A DNA stretch of 64,000 nt. It comes from an uncultured Rhizobium sp. Lineage in GTDB: Bacteria > Pseudomonadota > Alphaproteobacteria > Rickettsiales > UBA1997. The translations under genes and the position numbers were made by a program. Numbering within the stretch: position 1 is the first letter of the stretch; the number at the start of each line of letters is the position of its first letter. Of this stretch, positions 18,709 through 28,552 are shown one piece after another. The stretch lies in NCBI GenBank assembly GCA_964444545.1, contig CAYUHG010000002.1:45989-109988 (forward strand), written 5' to 3'. The notes beneath the pieces are model-generated. The model had not been told where the DNA came from and did no database searches. It saw only the letters and a list, made by a program, of their open reading frames with translations.

Positions 18709-19839
18709 CTAAATCAAATCTTCTTCTGGTTTATAATCTGCAATTTCGGCACATTCTTTTTTCAAACTATCAACATAATCCTGCACTTCCTTGGCCGCGT
18801 TTTGCTGACAAGACATAATATATTTTTGGCGCAATCTGGTTAAGCCATATCTGCCATAAATTCCTCTTTTGGAATTAATATTTTTCTCCAGCTCTTTTTG
18901 TTTTTGTCGTTCATAATATTTCGCATCAGCGGTTTCTTCTGATTCAAATAATTCAACATCATCTTTATCAATTCCGAGGGCGCTAAAGCTGTTATTGTTA
19001 TAGTTGTCAGCTCTGATTTTTGCTTGTTCAATGTCTTGCTGTCTTTCGTCGCCTTCACGTAAAAGTGCATCAGGAAATTTTACGTAAGCTTGTTTTTGGC
19101 AGATGGTTTTTTGTGCCGATTCTTTCTTAAATTTCTTGATGACGATATCTTTAACGCATTGTGCAGAGTTGTCTTGCGCTGTTTTACAAGGTATCAAATT
19201 TTTCTTGTCGTTAAAGAATTTTAGACAAATTGGATAATCTTTTTCCAAATCAGCATATCGTTTATTTTCGCTGTCAATGCGTGTATCAAGCACAAAACTT
19301 AAGTTGTAGGCGCGGTTAGGATATTTGAGATATTCTTCTTCGCCAAATGCTGGATCGAGTTGATCTTCATCAATCAATCTTTTGCGACAAAGTAAATATT
19401 GATCACTTGCCAAGCGATCAGAAATATCGAAATCATAACCCATAGCAACGCATTTAGCATGGTCGCGGGCATCAAGTTTTTTATTTTCTTTGATGAAAAC
19501 TGATTCCTTAGCATCAGCTAAACGCAACGAAATCGTGGTTACAAGATCACTAATTTCTTTATTATAGTTTGCGATGTCGCGTGAATCTTGGTTACGAGTT
19601 TGTAACTTGTATTTCGCCATGGAAAGGCGGCAATGCCAATAAAGATCAGCACTAAAGCTTTTATTAGTTGAGCCAGAATTGAGATCTAGAGAGTTACAGA
19701 ATTTATGATCTTGGCGTTCTAAATCTCTGATTTTTGGATTGTTAGAAAGAAGGTAGGGTTCACTTTCCGGTGTTGTGTTGCAGGAGAAAGCAGCACAGAA
19801 AATTATAATGAGAAAAATTTTTAATGATTTTTTTTGCAT
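18709..19839 (-). CDS. hypothetical Cys-rich lipoprotein
   Basis: Signal peptide and lipobox AFSC. About 12 further Cys residues and a charged C-terminal half. No recognisable domain. Confidence 0.6.
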   Translation of the reverse strand: MQKKSLKIFLIIIFCAAFSCNTTPESEPYLLSNNPKIRDLERQDHKFCNSLDLNSGSTNKSFSADLYWHCRLSMAKYKLQTRNQDSRDIANYNKEISDLVTTISLRLADAKESVFIKENKKLDARDHAKCVAMGYDFDISDRLASDQYLLCRKRLIDEDQLDPAFGEEEYLKYPNRAYNLSFVLDTRIDSENKRYADLEKDYPICLKFFNDKKNLIPCKTAQDNSAQCVKDIVIKKFKKESAQKTICQKQAYVKFPDALLREGDERQQDIEQAKIRADNYNNNSFSALGIDKDDVELFESEETADAKYYERQKQKELEKNINSKRGIYGRYGLTRLRQKYIMSCQQNAAKEVQDYVDSLKKECAEIADYKPEEDLI

Positions 19840-19920
19840 CTCAAGTTGAGTTTGGAGAGGAAGTATTTACTTAGTTCTGTCTAAAAACTTGTCGCACTTT
19901 TGCAATAAAATTTATCACTT

Positions 19921-20481
19921 ATGTATCTGTTGGTTGGGCTTGGAAATATTGGTTCTGAATATGAGTTGACGCGTCACAATTTTGGCTTTTTGTTGCTTGA
20001 CCAAATTGTTGAAGATTATGGCTTTGTGGTGCAATCAAAGAAATTTAAAAGCGAAGTTTTTAGTGGTACAATTGCTGGGCAAAAAGTTTTAGCCATTAAG
20101 CCGCAAACCTACATGAATCGCTCTGGAGTGGCAGTTGCGGAAGCAATCAATTTTTATAAAATTGATTTGAAAAATGTCTTGGTTTTTCACGATGATCTCG
20201 ATTTAGCTTTAGGGAAAATCAAACTAAAAATTGGTGGCGGACATGCAGGACACAACGGTCTTCGTTCAATTGATGAATGTTGTGGTAAAGATTATTGGCG
20301 TTTGCGTCTTGGAATAGGGCGTCCGGATAATAAAGGTTATGATACAGCAGATTATGTTTTAGGGAAATTCAACTCTGAAGAAATTAAGTTAATTGAGAAA
20401 ACGAATTTAAAAATTTCTGATCTTATAGAAGAGATGATCCTGGGTAAAGCAGAGAATTTTATGAATAAGTTTTACCAATAA
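19921..20481 (+). CDS. pth: peptidyl-tRNA hydrolase
   Basis: MYLLVGLGNIG..Y..TRHNFGF, HDDLDL and GHNGLRS. Confidence 0.95.
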   Translation: MYLLVGLGNIGSEYELTRHNFGFLLLDQIVEDYGFVVQSKKFKSEVFSGTIAGQKVLAIKPQTYMNRSGVAVAEAINFYKIDLKNVLVFHDDLDLALGKIKLKIGGGHAGHNGLRSIDECCGKDYWRLRLGIGRPDNKGYDTADYVLGKFNSEEIKLIEKTNLKISDLIEEMILGKAENFMNKFYQ

Positions 20482-20785
20482 TAAATCTTATTTTTTCATT
20501 TGTTTTTCTTCTGTTTGTAGTCGTTTAGCCTCATTTTTAGGAACACATGATGTTCTGGGAGAAGAACCATTAATCATTTCTTAATATACTCGATGAAAGT
20601 CTTCACGAGATTCTTTAGGCTTAGAAGGAGACAGTGAATAAATGATTTGTTTTCCGTCAGAATAATTTGAGTCAGAAGTTGAAAGTTGCTTCTTGTTGTC
20701 TTCCATATGTTTTAAGAAATAGTTTTTTTTCCTTTATTCTTTTATATCTATAAAGACTCAGAATCCTGACAATAGACTGTATCAT

Positions 20786-20820
20786 AAAAAAAGCCGGACA
20801 AGTTATTCACTTGTCCGGCT
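20786..20820 (-). terminator. rho-independent terminator after gcvH
   Basis: agccggacaagt/acttgtccggct hairpin followed by a T-tract on the minus strand. Confidence 0.7.
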
Positions 20821-20843
20821 TTGAAATGCGGGATGAAATCAGA

Positions 20844-21209
20844 TTACTGATTCTTCAAAAATTCTTTGTAAGAAGCTTCATCCATTGCATCAGATAAATC
20901 AGCAGCGTTGCTCATTTTAACTTTAGCAATCCAGCCATTCTCATAAGAAGAGTTGTTTACTAATTCTGGTTGAGAAGCTAGAGCTTCGTTAACCGCAACA
21001 ACTTCGCCAGCAACTGGAATGTAAACGTCACTTGCAGATTTAGAAGATTCAACAACTGCGAAAGCATCGTGAACTTTGTAAGTGTTACCAACTTTTGGAA
21101 GTTCAACGTAAACTAATTCGCCCAAAGCATCAGCTGCATATTCGGTAATTCCGATTGTAGCAACATCGCCTTCAACTTTGATCCATTCGTGGTCTTTAGT
21201 AAATTTCAT
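20844..21209 (-). CDS. gcvH: glycine cleavage system H protein
   Basis: Start at MKFTKDHEW with an AAGGAGAAAG ribosome-binding site upstream. Lipoyl-lysine motif VESSKSASDVY. The longer track ORF runs into a repeat element. Confidence 0.95.
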   Translation of the reverse strand: MKFTKDHEWIKVEGDVATIGITEYAADALGELVYVELPKVGNTYKVHDAFAVVESSKSASDVYIPVAGEVVAVNEALASQPELVNNSSYENGWIAKVKMSNAADLSDAMDEASYKEFLKNQ

Positions 21210-21237
21210 ACTTTCTCCTTTTGTTATTGTTAATCTT

Positions 21238-21306
21238 GTCATCCTGAGCATAGCGAAGGATCTTGTTAATTTATCAAACAAGACCCTTCGCCATGCTCAG
21301 GATGAC
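21238..21306. repeat. family-1 palindromic element (short 69-bp copy), gcvT-gcvH intergenic
   Basis: gtcatcctgagcatagcgaaggatcttgtt...aacaagacccttcgccatgctcaggatgac, a near-perfect hairpin. Confidence 0.8.
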
Positions 21307-21320
21307 AACTAAGTTATTAA

Positions 21321-22421
21321 TTATTTTTTAACTGATTTGGTTTTTGCTTCGACAAAAACTGGCGAAGTTAAAACTGCAGGAATTTCGCGATCGCGAACAA
21401 CTGCTGTAACATTATCTCCAACCTTGGCCAAAGCGGTTTCAAAATAGCCTTGTCCGATTGAAACTTTTAGATTTGGTGAAAATCCGCCGCTTGATAAAAC
21501 GCCGATTTTTTTACCATCTTTTCTGATTTCTGTGCCTTCGCGAGCGATGCCGCGATCAAGCAATTTAACACCGATTCTTTTGCGTGACGCGCCTTCAGCT
21601 TTTTCTTTTAAAACACGATCAGCACCAATGAAACTTGTATTGCTTTTGCTAACAACCCAACCAAGAGCGGCTTCGATTGGTGAAGTTGTATCGTCCAAAT
21701 CGTGACCGTAAAGTGGGTAACCCATTTCTAAACGAAGTGAATCGCGAGCGCCAAGTCCGATTGGTTTAACTTCTGATTGAGCTGAAAGATCAAGCCAGAA
21801 TTTCGCCGCGGCAGAGTTTGGAATTGAAACTTCAAAACCATCTTCGCCGGTGTAGCCAGTACGGCTGATGAAAACTTCTTCGCCAGATTTCAATTTGTAG
21901 AAACCGATATTCATGTAAGGCAATTCAGCCAAGTTTCCGGCAGCTAAAAATTTATTTAAAACTTCTTCAGCTTTGCCACCTTGAACCGCGATTAGAGAGC
22001 GATCAGATAGTTCGGTAAAATTAATTCCTGCTGGAAGATTTTTTCTGATCCAAGCTGAATCTTTTTCTTTGCAGCCGGCGTTTAATACGATGAAAAATTT
22101 TGTATCGGTCAATTTGGTGATGATCAAATCATCAATAATGCCGCCTTGTGGATTGGTTAAAACTGTGTATTTCGCAAGATTTGGAGTGCTGAGAGAAAAA
22201 TCAGTTGGCGTGATGTGAGACAAGAATTTTACAACGTCTGCGCCTTCGATGAAGAATTGTCCCATGTGCGAAACATCAAAAATTCCAACATTGCCAGAAC
22301 GAGTCCATTCATGTTCTTTCAACATGCCGTCAGCATATTGAACTGGCATGTCGTAGCCAGCAAATTCAACCATTTTTGCGCCTTGATCGCGGTGAGTTTG
22401 ATTTAGAGCTGTAACTTTCAT
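21321..22421 (-). CDS. gcvT: glycine cleavage system aminomethyltransferase T
   Basis: 366 aa. GAKMVEFAGYDMPVQY, FDVSHMG and ARDSLRLE. Confidence 0.95.
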   Translation of the reverse strand: MKVTALNQTHRDQGAKMVEFAGYDMPVQYADGMLKEHEWTRSGNVGIFDVSHMGQFFIEGADVVKFLSHITPTDFSLSTPNLAKYTVLTNPQGGIIDDLIITKLTDTKFFIVLNAGCKEKDSAWIRKNLPAGINFTELSDRSLIAVQGGKAEEVLNKFLAAGNLAELPYMNIGFYKLKSGEEVFISRTGYTGEDGFEVSIPNSAAAKFWLDLSAQSEVKPIGLGARDSLRLEMGYPLYGHDLDDTTSPIEAALGWVVSKSNTSFIGADRVLKEKAEGASRKRIGVKLLDRGIAREGTEIRKDGKKIGVLSSGGFSPNLKVSIGQGYFETALAKVGDNVTAVVRDREIPAVLTSPVFVEAKTKSVKK

Positions 22422-22435
22422 GTTAATTTTGAGAT

Positions 22436-22789
22436 TTAGTTATCGACCTTTGGAGTCGCAGGAGTTTCTTCAACTGCAGGTGCAGTTGGTGCAGCTTTTT
22501 CTTGTTCTTGAATTGTTTGTTCGAGTTCTTGTTGGATCGATTTTTTTGCCGAGTTGGAAATTGAAGCCAATATCAGGCAGTTTAGCATAAAAATTCCGAT
22601 CAAAATCATCGTTGCTTTGGTCAAAGCGCTGGCTGAAGCTTTGCTCGACATTACAGAATTAAGACCACCAGAACCTCCACCGATACCGCTTAAAGAATCG
22701 CCATCAGATTTTTGGATTAACACCAAAACAATCATAACAACAGCAATTATGACCTGCAAAATCAGCAGGAATAGTTGAAGATTTTCCAT
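22436..22789 (-). CDS. secG: preprotein translocase subunit SecG
   Basis: Start at MENLQLFLLILQVI. Two transmembrane segments flank the LIQKSDGD..G.GGGSGG motif. Confidence 0.85.
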   Translation of the reverse strand: MENLQLFLLILQVIIAVVMIVLVLIQKSDGDSLSGIGGGSGGLNSVMSSKASASALTKATMILIGIFMLNCLILASISNSAKKSIQQELEQTIQEQEKAAPTAPAVEETPATPKVDN

Positions 22790-22879
22790 TTTTAAATTGA
22801 ATTTAATTTGTGCGAGGGGACAACTAGTTCCAATAAGTGCCGCAACATAAAAAACAATTTTTATCCCACAAGTTTTTTC

Positions 22880-24022
22880 ATGACTAAAAACATAAAAATT
22901 TCTTACAGCCTGAGACCACAAGAATTAAAGTTTGCGGGTAAAAAAATTCTTTTTGTGACCGATGAAAAAATTTGGAAAAATTGCGCTAGATTTTTTACTC
23001 CAGATTTTTTGGCGCAAAATCATCAAAAATTGATTCTAAAAAATCCCAAAGCTGATGACAAAAATCTCAAAAAAATTTCGGCAGCGCTAAAGAATTGTGA
23101 TTTTATTTTAGCGCTTGGAAGTGGGACGATCAACGATCTGTGCAAATATAATTCGGCACAAAAAAATATTCCTTACGCAATTATTGCTTCAGCTGCGTCG
23201 ATGAATGGCTATTTGTCGAAAAATGCTTCGATCACAATTTCAGGACATAAAAAAACTTTGCCAGCAACTTTGCCAGAAATGGTGTTTTGTGATTTAGAAA
23301 TTTTAAAATCTGCGCCAGCAAGACTTACAAAAGCAGGGATTGGCGATAGTTTGTGTTTTTATTCTTGTTGGTTCGATTGGTATTTATCGCACAAAATTTT
23401 AGGCACAAAATTTGACGAGAAATTGTTTACTGAACTACAGCCAAAAGTTGATTTTCTGCTAAAAAATTATCGTAAATTTTCGCTGCGAGATGAGAAGTTA
23501 TTAAAAATTTTAATCGAAATTCTATTGCTTTCTGGACAAGCAATGACAAAGGCTGGTGGTTCTTATCCAGCAAGCCAATCTGAGCACATGATTTCGCACA
23601 CAATCGACATGAAATATCCCAAGATTTCCGAAGAAAAACTGCACGGAGAACTGATCGCGGTTACAACTTTGAGTGCGGCAAAATTGCAGAAAAATATCTT
23701 AACTGGAAATGCGTCGGAAATTTTTTCAGACGATAAAAATGCGATTAAAAATGTGACAAATTTTTTCGGCAAAAAAGTTGCGGCACAATGTTTAGAAGAA
23801 TATCACCAAAAAATTGTGCAAAAACCAAAACCACTTGATGAGAAGTTAAAAAAAGAACTACAAAAAATTCATCTTGAAGAATCACGTTTAAAAGAAATTT
23901 TTTCTCACTTTAAAATTTCTAAATCACCCAAATCTTTGGGGCTGTCAAAGCAAGAATATCAAGATTGCATGACTTATGCCAAATTCACGCGCAACCGTTT
24001 TACGTGTTTAGATTTGAACTAA
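22880..24022 (+). CDS. iron-containing alcohol dehydrogenase superfamily protein (Fe-ADH_2 / glycerol-1-phosphate dehydrogenase-like)
   Basis: Start at MTKNIKIS. GSGTINDLCKY nucleotide loop, AGIGD, and H...H in SEHMISHTID. Confidence 0.6.
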   Translation: MTKNIKISYSLRPQELKFAGKKILFVTDEKIWKNCARFFTPDFLAQNHQKLILKNPKADDKNLKKISAALKNCDFILALGSGTINDLCKYNSAQKNIPYAIIASAASMNGYLSKNASITISGHKKTLPATLPEMVFCDLEILKSAPARLTKAGIGDSLCFYSCWFDWYLSHKILGTKFDEKLFTELQPKVDFLLKNYRKFSLRDEKLLKILIEILLLSGQAMTKAGGSYPASQSEHMISHTIDMKYPKISEEKLHGELIAVTTLSAAKLQKNILTGNASEIFSDDKNAIKNVTNFFGKKVAAQCLEEYHQKIVQKPKPLDEKLKKELQKIHLEESRLKEIFSHFKISKSPKSLGLSKQEYQDCMTYAKFTRNRFTCLDLN

Positions 24023-24033
24023 AATAAGATAAT

Positions 24034-24711
24034 CTATTCGTAAATCACATAACCGTGATTCCTTACAGTTTGTAAGTAATGAGGTTGTTTGGGATTGGTT
24101 TCGATTTTTCTGCGAAGTCTGGTTATTTGAACATCGATGCTGCGTTCGTCAATGTCTCCGCAAAGGTTAGAAAGTTTTTCGCGGCTGACTGCCTTGCCTT
24201 TCTCTTTGCACAAAATTGCTAAAATTTTGGCTTCAGAATCGGTGATGTGAACGAAGCTATCACCTTTTTTCAAACGTGAATCAATCAGGTTAAAAGAGAA
24301 ATCGCCGAAGCGGCAAATGTTTGGATCAGAGCTTGCAACGCCAACTCGTTTCAAAACGTTATTGATGCGCAGAAGAAGTTCTTTTGGTTCGAAAGGTTTT
24401 TGCAAATAATCGTCAGCGCCAGCTTCTAAACCTTTGATGCGGTCTTCAAATTCACCTCGTGCGGTCAGCATAATCACTGGAATAGTCGAAGATTGACGCA
24501 AGTTTGAGGTAAATTCGACACCGGTTTCGCCAGGTAGCATCACGTCAACGATCAATAAATCGAACTTATTTTCAGCAATGAGATTTTTAGCTTCAATAGT
24601 GTCCTTAGCTACCGAAACTTTAAAGCCGCTTTCCTCAAGAAAACGACATAAAAGATTACGCAGTCTGGTATCGTCGTCGATTACTAAAAGATGAAGTGAA
24701 TTATTGCTCAT
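24034..24711 (-). CDS. OmpR-family response regulator (no adjacent histidine kinase)
   Basis: Receiver domain (LLVIDDD...DLLIVDVMLPG...KPF) plus winged-helix output (ITRLRRKIE...LQTVRNHGY). Confidence 0.9.
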   Translation of the reverse strand: MSNNSLHLLVIDDDTRLRNLLCRFLEESGFKVSVAKDTIEAKNLIAENKFDLLIVDVMLPGETGVEFTSNLRQSSTIPVIMLTARGEFEDRIKGLEAGADDYLQKPFEPKELLLRINNVLKRVGVASSDPNICRFGDFSFNLIDSRLKKGDSFVHITDSEAKILAILCKEKGKAVSREKLSNLCGDIDERSIDVQITRLRRKIETNPKQPHYLQTVRNHGYVIYE

Positions 24712-24726
24712 ATTTCGAATGATTTT

Positions 24727-25554
24727 TTATGAAGCTTTGGCGATTTCGTCCAATTTTTTTAGCTTAGTTAAAAGTTTTTCCAAATGATCTAAACGCACCA
24801 TGCAAGGGCCATCAGAAGGAGCATTATCCGGATCTTGATGTACTTCCATAAATACAGCAGCAACACCAACCGCAACTGCAGCTGAAGCCAAAGTATCAAC
24901 GAATTTACGCTCACCGCCACTTGCGCCACCCAAACCACCTGGTTGTTGAACTGAATGTGTTGCATCAAAAACAACTGGGCAACCAGTTTGCGCCATAATT
25001 GGCAAGCTGCGCATGTCAGAAACTAAAGTGTTATATCCGAAGCTTACGCCACGTTCAGTCAACATCACATTTTGATTTCCAAAGTGATCCATTTTTTTAA
25101 CAATATTAGCTGCATCCCAAGGTGCTAAAAATTGACCTTTCTTAATGTTGATGACTTTGCCCGTTTTTGCTGCAGCTTCTAACAAGTCAGTTTGACGGCA
25201 CAAGAAGGCTGGGATTTGCAAAATATCGACTTCTTCGCGATCAGCCAAAATACGGCAATGTTCTTCGCTGTGAATGTCGGTAATGATTGGACATTTAAAT
25301 TGTTTTTTGACTTCAGCGAAGATTGGCAAAGTTTTTTCCAAACCAGCGCCGCGTTGGCCGCCAATGCTTGATCTGTTGGCTTTATCGAAAGATGATTTGT
25401 AGATGAAATTAATGCCGAGTTTATCGCAAATTCTTTTGATGTTGCTTGCCATCATCAAGCTATGATCCATCGACTCAGTCTGGCAAGGGCCAGCAATTAA
25501 AGTGAAAGGAAGGTTGTTAGAGATTTTAAGATTTTGAACTTGGATCGTGCGCAT
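24727..25554 (-). CDS. kdsA: 3-deoxy-8-phosphooctulonate (KDO-8-P) synthase
   Basis: 275 aa. [22 protein letters not shown] and the end of the KdsA pattern. Confidence 0.95.
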   Translation of the reverse strand: MRTIQVQNLKISNNLPFTLIAGPCQTESMDHSLMMASNIKRICDKLGINFIYKSSFDKANRSSIGGQRGAGLEKTLPIFAEVKKQFKCPIITDIHSEEHCRILADREEVDILQIPAFLCRQTDLLEAAAKTGKVINIKKGQFLAPWDAANIVKKMDHFGNQNVMLTERGVSFGYNTLVSDMRSLPIMAQTGCPVVFDATHSVQQPGGLGGASGGERKFVDTLASAAVAVGVAAVFMEVHQDPDNAPSDGPCMVRLDHLEKLLTKLKKLDEIAKAS

Positions 25555-25658
25555 TTTTTTAAGAGAACAGATATTAAAGAATTGAAAACTTCATGACTTA
25601 AGTAATAAGTTAGCAAAAAAAATCAAACATCTTTCTTCCTAATTTTCCTTTTAAATCC

Positions 25659-26774
25659 ATGTTTGCTAAGCCGATAAATCTTATTTTGGTCTATGTGATC
25701 ACTGTGTTTAACATTGTGGTTCTAGCTTCGCCATTTGCTGTGGCTCTGTTACCTTTACTTAATTTTGGTCACCGTTCTTTTACGATTAGTGAAGGTGTTT
25801 TGTCTGAAATCAAATTGGCAGTATTCCTACTGCTTTTTGTCGTTAGCTTTTTGATGTTATTTTATTTGTTTCTCGATTTTCTTTTCGGATTTTCTGTTCG
25901 TTCTTCGCTAAAGAATTGTAGCCGTTTTGAAAAGATTAAAGATTATGATTTTTTAAGTGATATTTTCGACCAGGTGAAAACCAGATTTGGTGAAAAAAAC
26001 GTTCATCTTTACATAAAAAATTCAGATGAAATTAACGCTTTTGCAGTCAGTAGTTTCAACAAAAGAGCGATTGTTTTAACTCAAGGATTAATAAAACATT
26101 ATTTAGTTGAGTGCCCAGATCCAAAAAGATTCTTAAATGCGATCCGCAGCATTATGGGACACGAGATGTCTCACTTAGTTAACAAAGATTTTTTGCCGGG
26201 TTTTTTGATTATCACTAATCAAAAAGTGACGAATTTTGTTTCCTCAATCATGAGTTTTTTCTTTAGATTGTTGTCGCGCTTCATGTTGTTTGTTCCCGGC
26301 GTTAGATCTTATGCATTTTTGATGAATGATCTGTATTCAATTGTGCGTTTTATTCTGACTTCATTTAACCGTTTTATTGTTTATAATATTTACGAATTTT
26401 TACGCCGTTTTGTTAGCCGTGCTATTGAATATCGCTGTGATCGTCAATCAGCTTACGCCTTTGGTGGACACAACATGGCATTAGCTTTATCAATGCTTGG
26501 AAAAAGTGGATATTTTACACTTTTCTCAACTCATCCCGGAACTGTAAGACGAATCAAAAAAGTGCAAGATGTTAAGATGACAGAATCCACAATTGGTGCA
26601 CGTTTTATTGATTCGATTGCCAATTATTTTTCCGTCATGTTTTTGATGATTATCTGTCTTTATTTTGCCAAAGAGGCTGGCGTTGATATGATGATACGCT
26701 CTTATCTTCGTGATCATGAAGTAATTCATCGTAAACTTTTGATGTTGTTAGCATTGGTTAAAAATATTTTATAA
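25659..26774 (+). CDS. M48-family (HtpX-like) membrane zinc metalloprotease
   Basis: Multiple transmembrane segments and an HEMSH (HExxH) motif. Confidence 0.8.
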   Translation: MFAKPINLILVYVITVFNIVVLASPFAVALLPLLNFGHRSFTISEGVLSEIKLAVFLLLFVVSFLMLFYLFLDFLFGFSVRSSLKNCSRFEKIKDYDFLSDIFDQVKTRFGEKNVHLYIKNSDEINAFAVSSFNKRAIVLTQGLIKHYLVECPDPKRFLNAIRSIMGHEMSHLVNKDFLPGFLIITNQKVTNFVSSIMSFFFRLLSRFMLFVPGVRSYAFLMNDLYSIVRFILTSFNRFIVYNIYEFLRRFVSRAIEYRCDRQSAYAFGGHNMALALSMLGKSGYFTLFSTHPGTVRRIKKVQDVKMTESTIGARFIDSIANYFSVMFLMIICLYFAKEAGVDMMIRSYLRDHEVIHRKLLMLLALVKNIL

Positions 26775-26776
26775 AA

Positions 26777-28525
26777 TTGATGCAAGATTTTGTAACGCTA
26801 TCGCAAATCTTATCTTTTCAGGCCAATAAATTTGCCAATCCACGTGCACTTAACTTTAAAGAAAATGGTGTGTGGAGAAGTTTTTCTAATCAGGAATTTT
26901 TAGAAAAATCATTTCATTTTGCTTGCGGTCTTAAAGAAATTGGCCTGACTAAAAATCAATCTTTCGCCATTTGTTCTTACCAAAATCCAATTTGGTTGAT
27001 CGCTGATTTAGGAGCTATTTTAGCGGGTGCGGTAACTGTTCCAATTTTCAGTAATATATCGAAAGAAAATCTGCTCTTCGAAATTGCTGATGCTAAAGTT
27101 CAATATTTTTTCACCGACAGTTCTGAAATTATCAAACAAGTAAAGGCGACGAATTCGGCAGTTAGAATTATTGGTTATAATGTTGACGAAAAAGATTGCC
27201 TCGGCTTTGAAGATTTGATTTTATTGGGTAAAAAAGCGGCTGATGAGAAAAAATATGTTCTCGAAGATCTGCTAAAAATTGCACAGCCACAAGATTTAGC
27301 GACAATAATTTATACTTCAGGTAGTACAGGAAAGCCAAAAGGTGTTGAATTAACTCACGATAATTTGGTCTCGCAAATTCACGATACCGCAGTTTGTTTT
27401 CCGCTTTATCAAGAAGACGTGATAATTTCTTTTCTGCCGCTGGCCCATATTTTTGAACGTATGGTGATGTTATTTTATATCACGCAAGGTGTATCAGTTC
27501 ACTTTGTTGATGATGTAAAGAATGTTGGAATCTTTTTGCGAGAAGTGCGTCCAACTCTTATGACAACAGTTCCGCGTGTGATGGAAAAAGTTTTTTCTCG
27601 TATCAAAGAAGGTGTTGATTCATCTTCATTCTTAAAAAAATATTTAGGACAAAAAGCTTTGAAACGAGCTCTAATCAAGGATGTAGATGCTAAGAAAAAT
27701 TTATTCGATAAAATTTTTGATATACTTATTTACAAAAAATTTCGCATAGCTTTGGGCGGAAATATGCGTATGATGATTTGTGGCGGAGCTGCTCTTTCAG
27801 TTGATATGGAACGTTTTTACCAAAATATTGGTATCGATTTATTTTGTGGTTATGGCATGACTGAAAGCTCTCCCGTGATTGGTGCTAATAATCCAAAACA
27901 TCATAAATTCGCAACTATCGGCAAAGCTTTCCCATCAGTCCAAGTTAGAATCGCTGAAGATGGTGAGTTATTAGTCAAAGGTCCAAACGTGATGCGTGGT
28001 TACCATAATGACCCGAAAAAAACTGCAGAAGTGATTGAAAACAACTGGCTTAAAACTGGTGACTTAGCAGCAATTGACGATGAAGGTTTTATCAAAATTA
28101 TCGGTCGTAAAAAAGAAGTTTTTAAAAATGCTAATGGCAAATATGTTCGTCCAGTACCTCTGGAACAAAAGTTAGCGACCAGTTTAGAATTTCTCATTGG
28201 TGCAGTTGTTATTGCGGAAGGTAGAAAATTTACCAGCGCGTTATTGTTTCCCGATTTTGAAATTTTAACAAAATTCAAAAAGAAATTTGACTTTTCTGGT
28301 AGTGATGAGGAATTTTTAGCTTCGCAAATTTTGCAAAAATTTGTCCAAAAAAATGTCGATCGCATTAACGCTAATTGCGATCACTGGGAACAAATTCAGA
28401 AATTTCACATCGCTTTGGAATCTATATCCATTGAGTCTGGAGACATTACTCCTTCCATGAAATTGAAACGTAATGTTTTGGAAGAAAAGTACAAAAATGT
28501 GATCGACAGATTTTACCACGAATAA
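26777..28525 (+). CDS. long-chain fatty-acid-CoA ligase (AMP-forming)
   Basis: AMP-binding signature IIYTSGSTGKPKGVELTH, YGMTE, GWLKTGD. Confidence 0.85.
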   Translation: MMQDFVTLSQILSFQANKFANPRALNFKENGVWRSFSNQEFLEKSFHFACGLKEIGLTKNQSFAICSYQNPIWLIADLGAILAGAVTVPIFSNISKENLLFEIADAKVQYFFTDSSEIIKQVKATNSAVRIIGYNVDEKDCLGFEDLILLGKKAADEKKYVLEDLLKIAQPQDLATIIYTSGSTGKPKGVELTHDNLVSQIHDTAVCFPLYQEDVIISFLPLAHIFERMVMLFYITQGVSVHFVDDVKNVGIFLREVRPTLMTTVPRVMEKVFSRIKEGVDSSSFLKKYLGQKALKRALIKDVDAKKNLFDKIFDILIYKKFRIALGGNMRMMICGGAALSVDMERFYQNIGIDLFCGYGMTESSPVIGANNPKHHKFATIGKAFPSVQVRIAEDGELLVKGPNVMRGYHNDPKKTAEVIENNWLKTGDLAAIDDEGFIKIIGRKKEVFKNANGKYVRPVPLEQKLATSLEFLIGAVVIAEGRKFTSALLFPDFEILTKFKKKFDFSGSDEEFLASQILQKFVQKNVDRINANCDHWEQIQKFHIALESISIESGDITPSMKLKRNVLEEKYKNVIDRFYHE

Positions 28526-28552
28526 TTTTTTTCAAACCAAACTTAAATTTTC

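Noticed and set aside
20482-20843. Two short minus-strand ORFs in the pth-gcvH spacer: 42 aa (MEDNKKQLSTSDSNYSDGKQ..., 20578..20706) and about 29 aa
   Set aside because: They are hydrophilic and low complexity, have no convincing ribosome-binding site, and sit in two different frames. They could be a decayed gene, but the sequence alone gives too little support to call a gene or pseudogene.
21210-21281. N-terminal extension of gcvH (MFDKLTRSFAMLRMTRLTITKGES)
   Set aside because: It is encoded by the palindromic repeat element. A good ribosome-binding site precedes the internal MKFTKDHEW start.
22422-22435. Looked for a glycine riboswitch upstream of gcvT
   Set aside because: Only 14 nt separate the secG stop from the gcvT start, so there is no room for a riboswitch. 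Nothing riboswitch-like was seen upstream of secG either.
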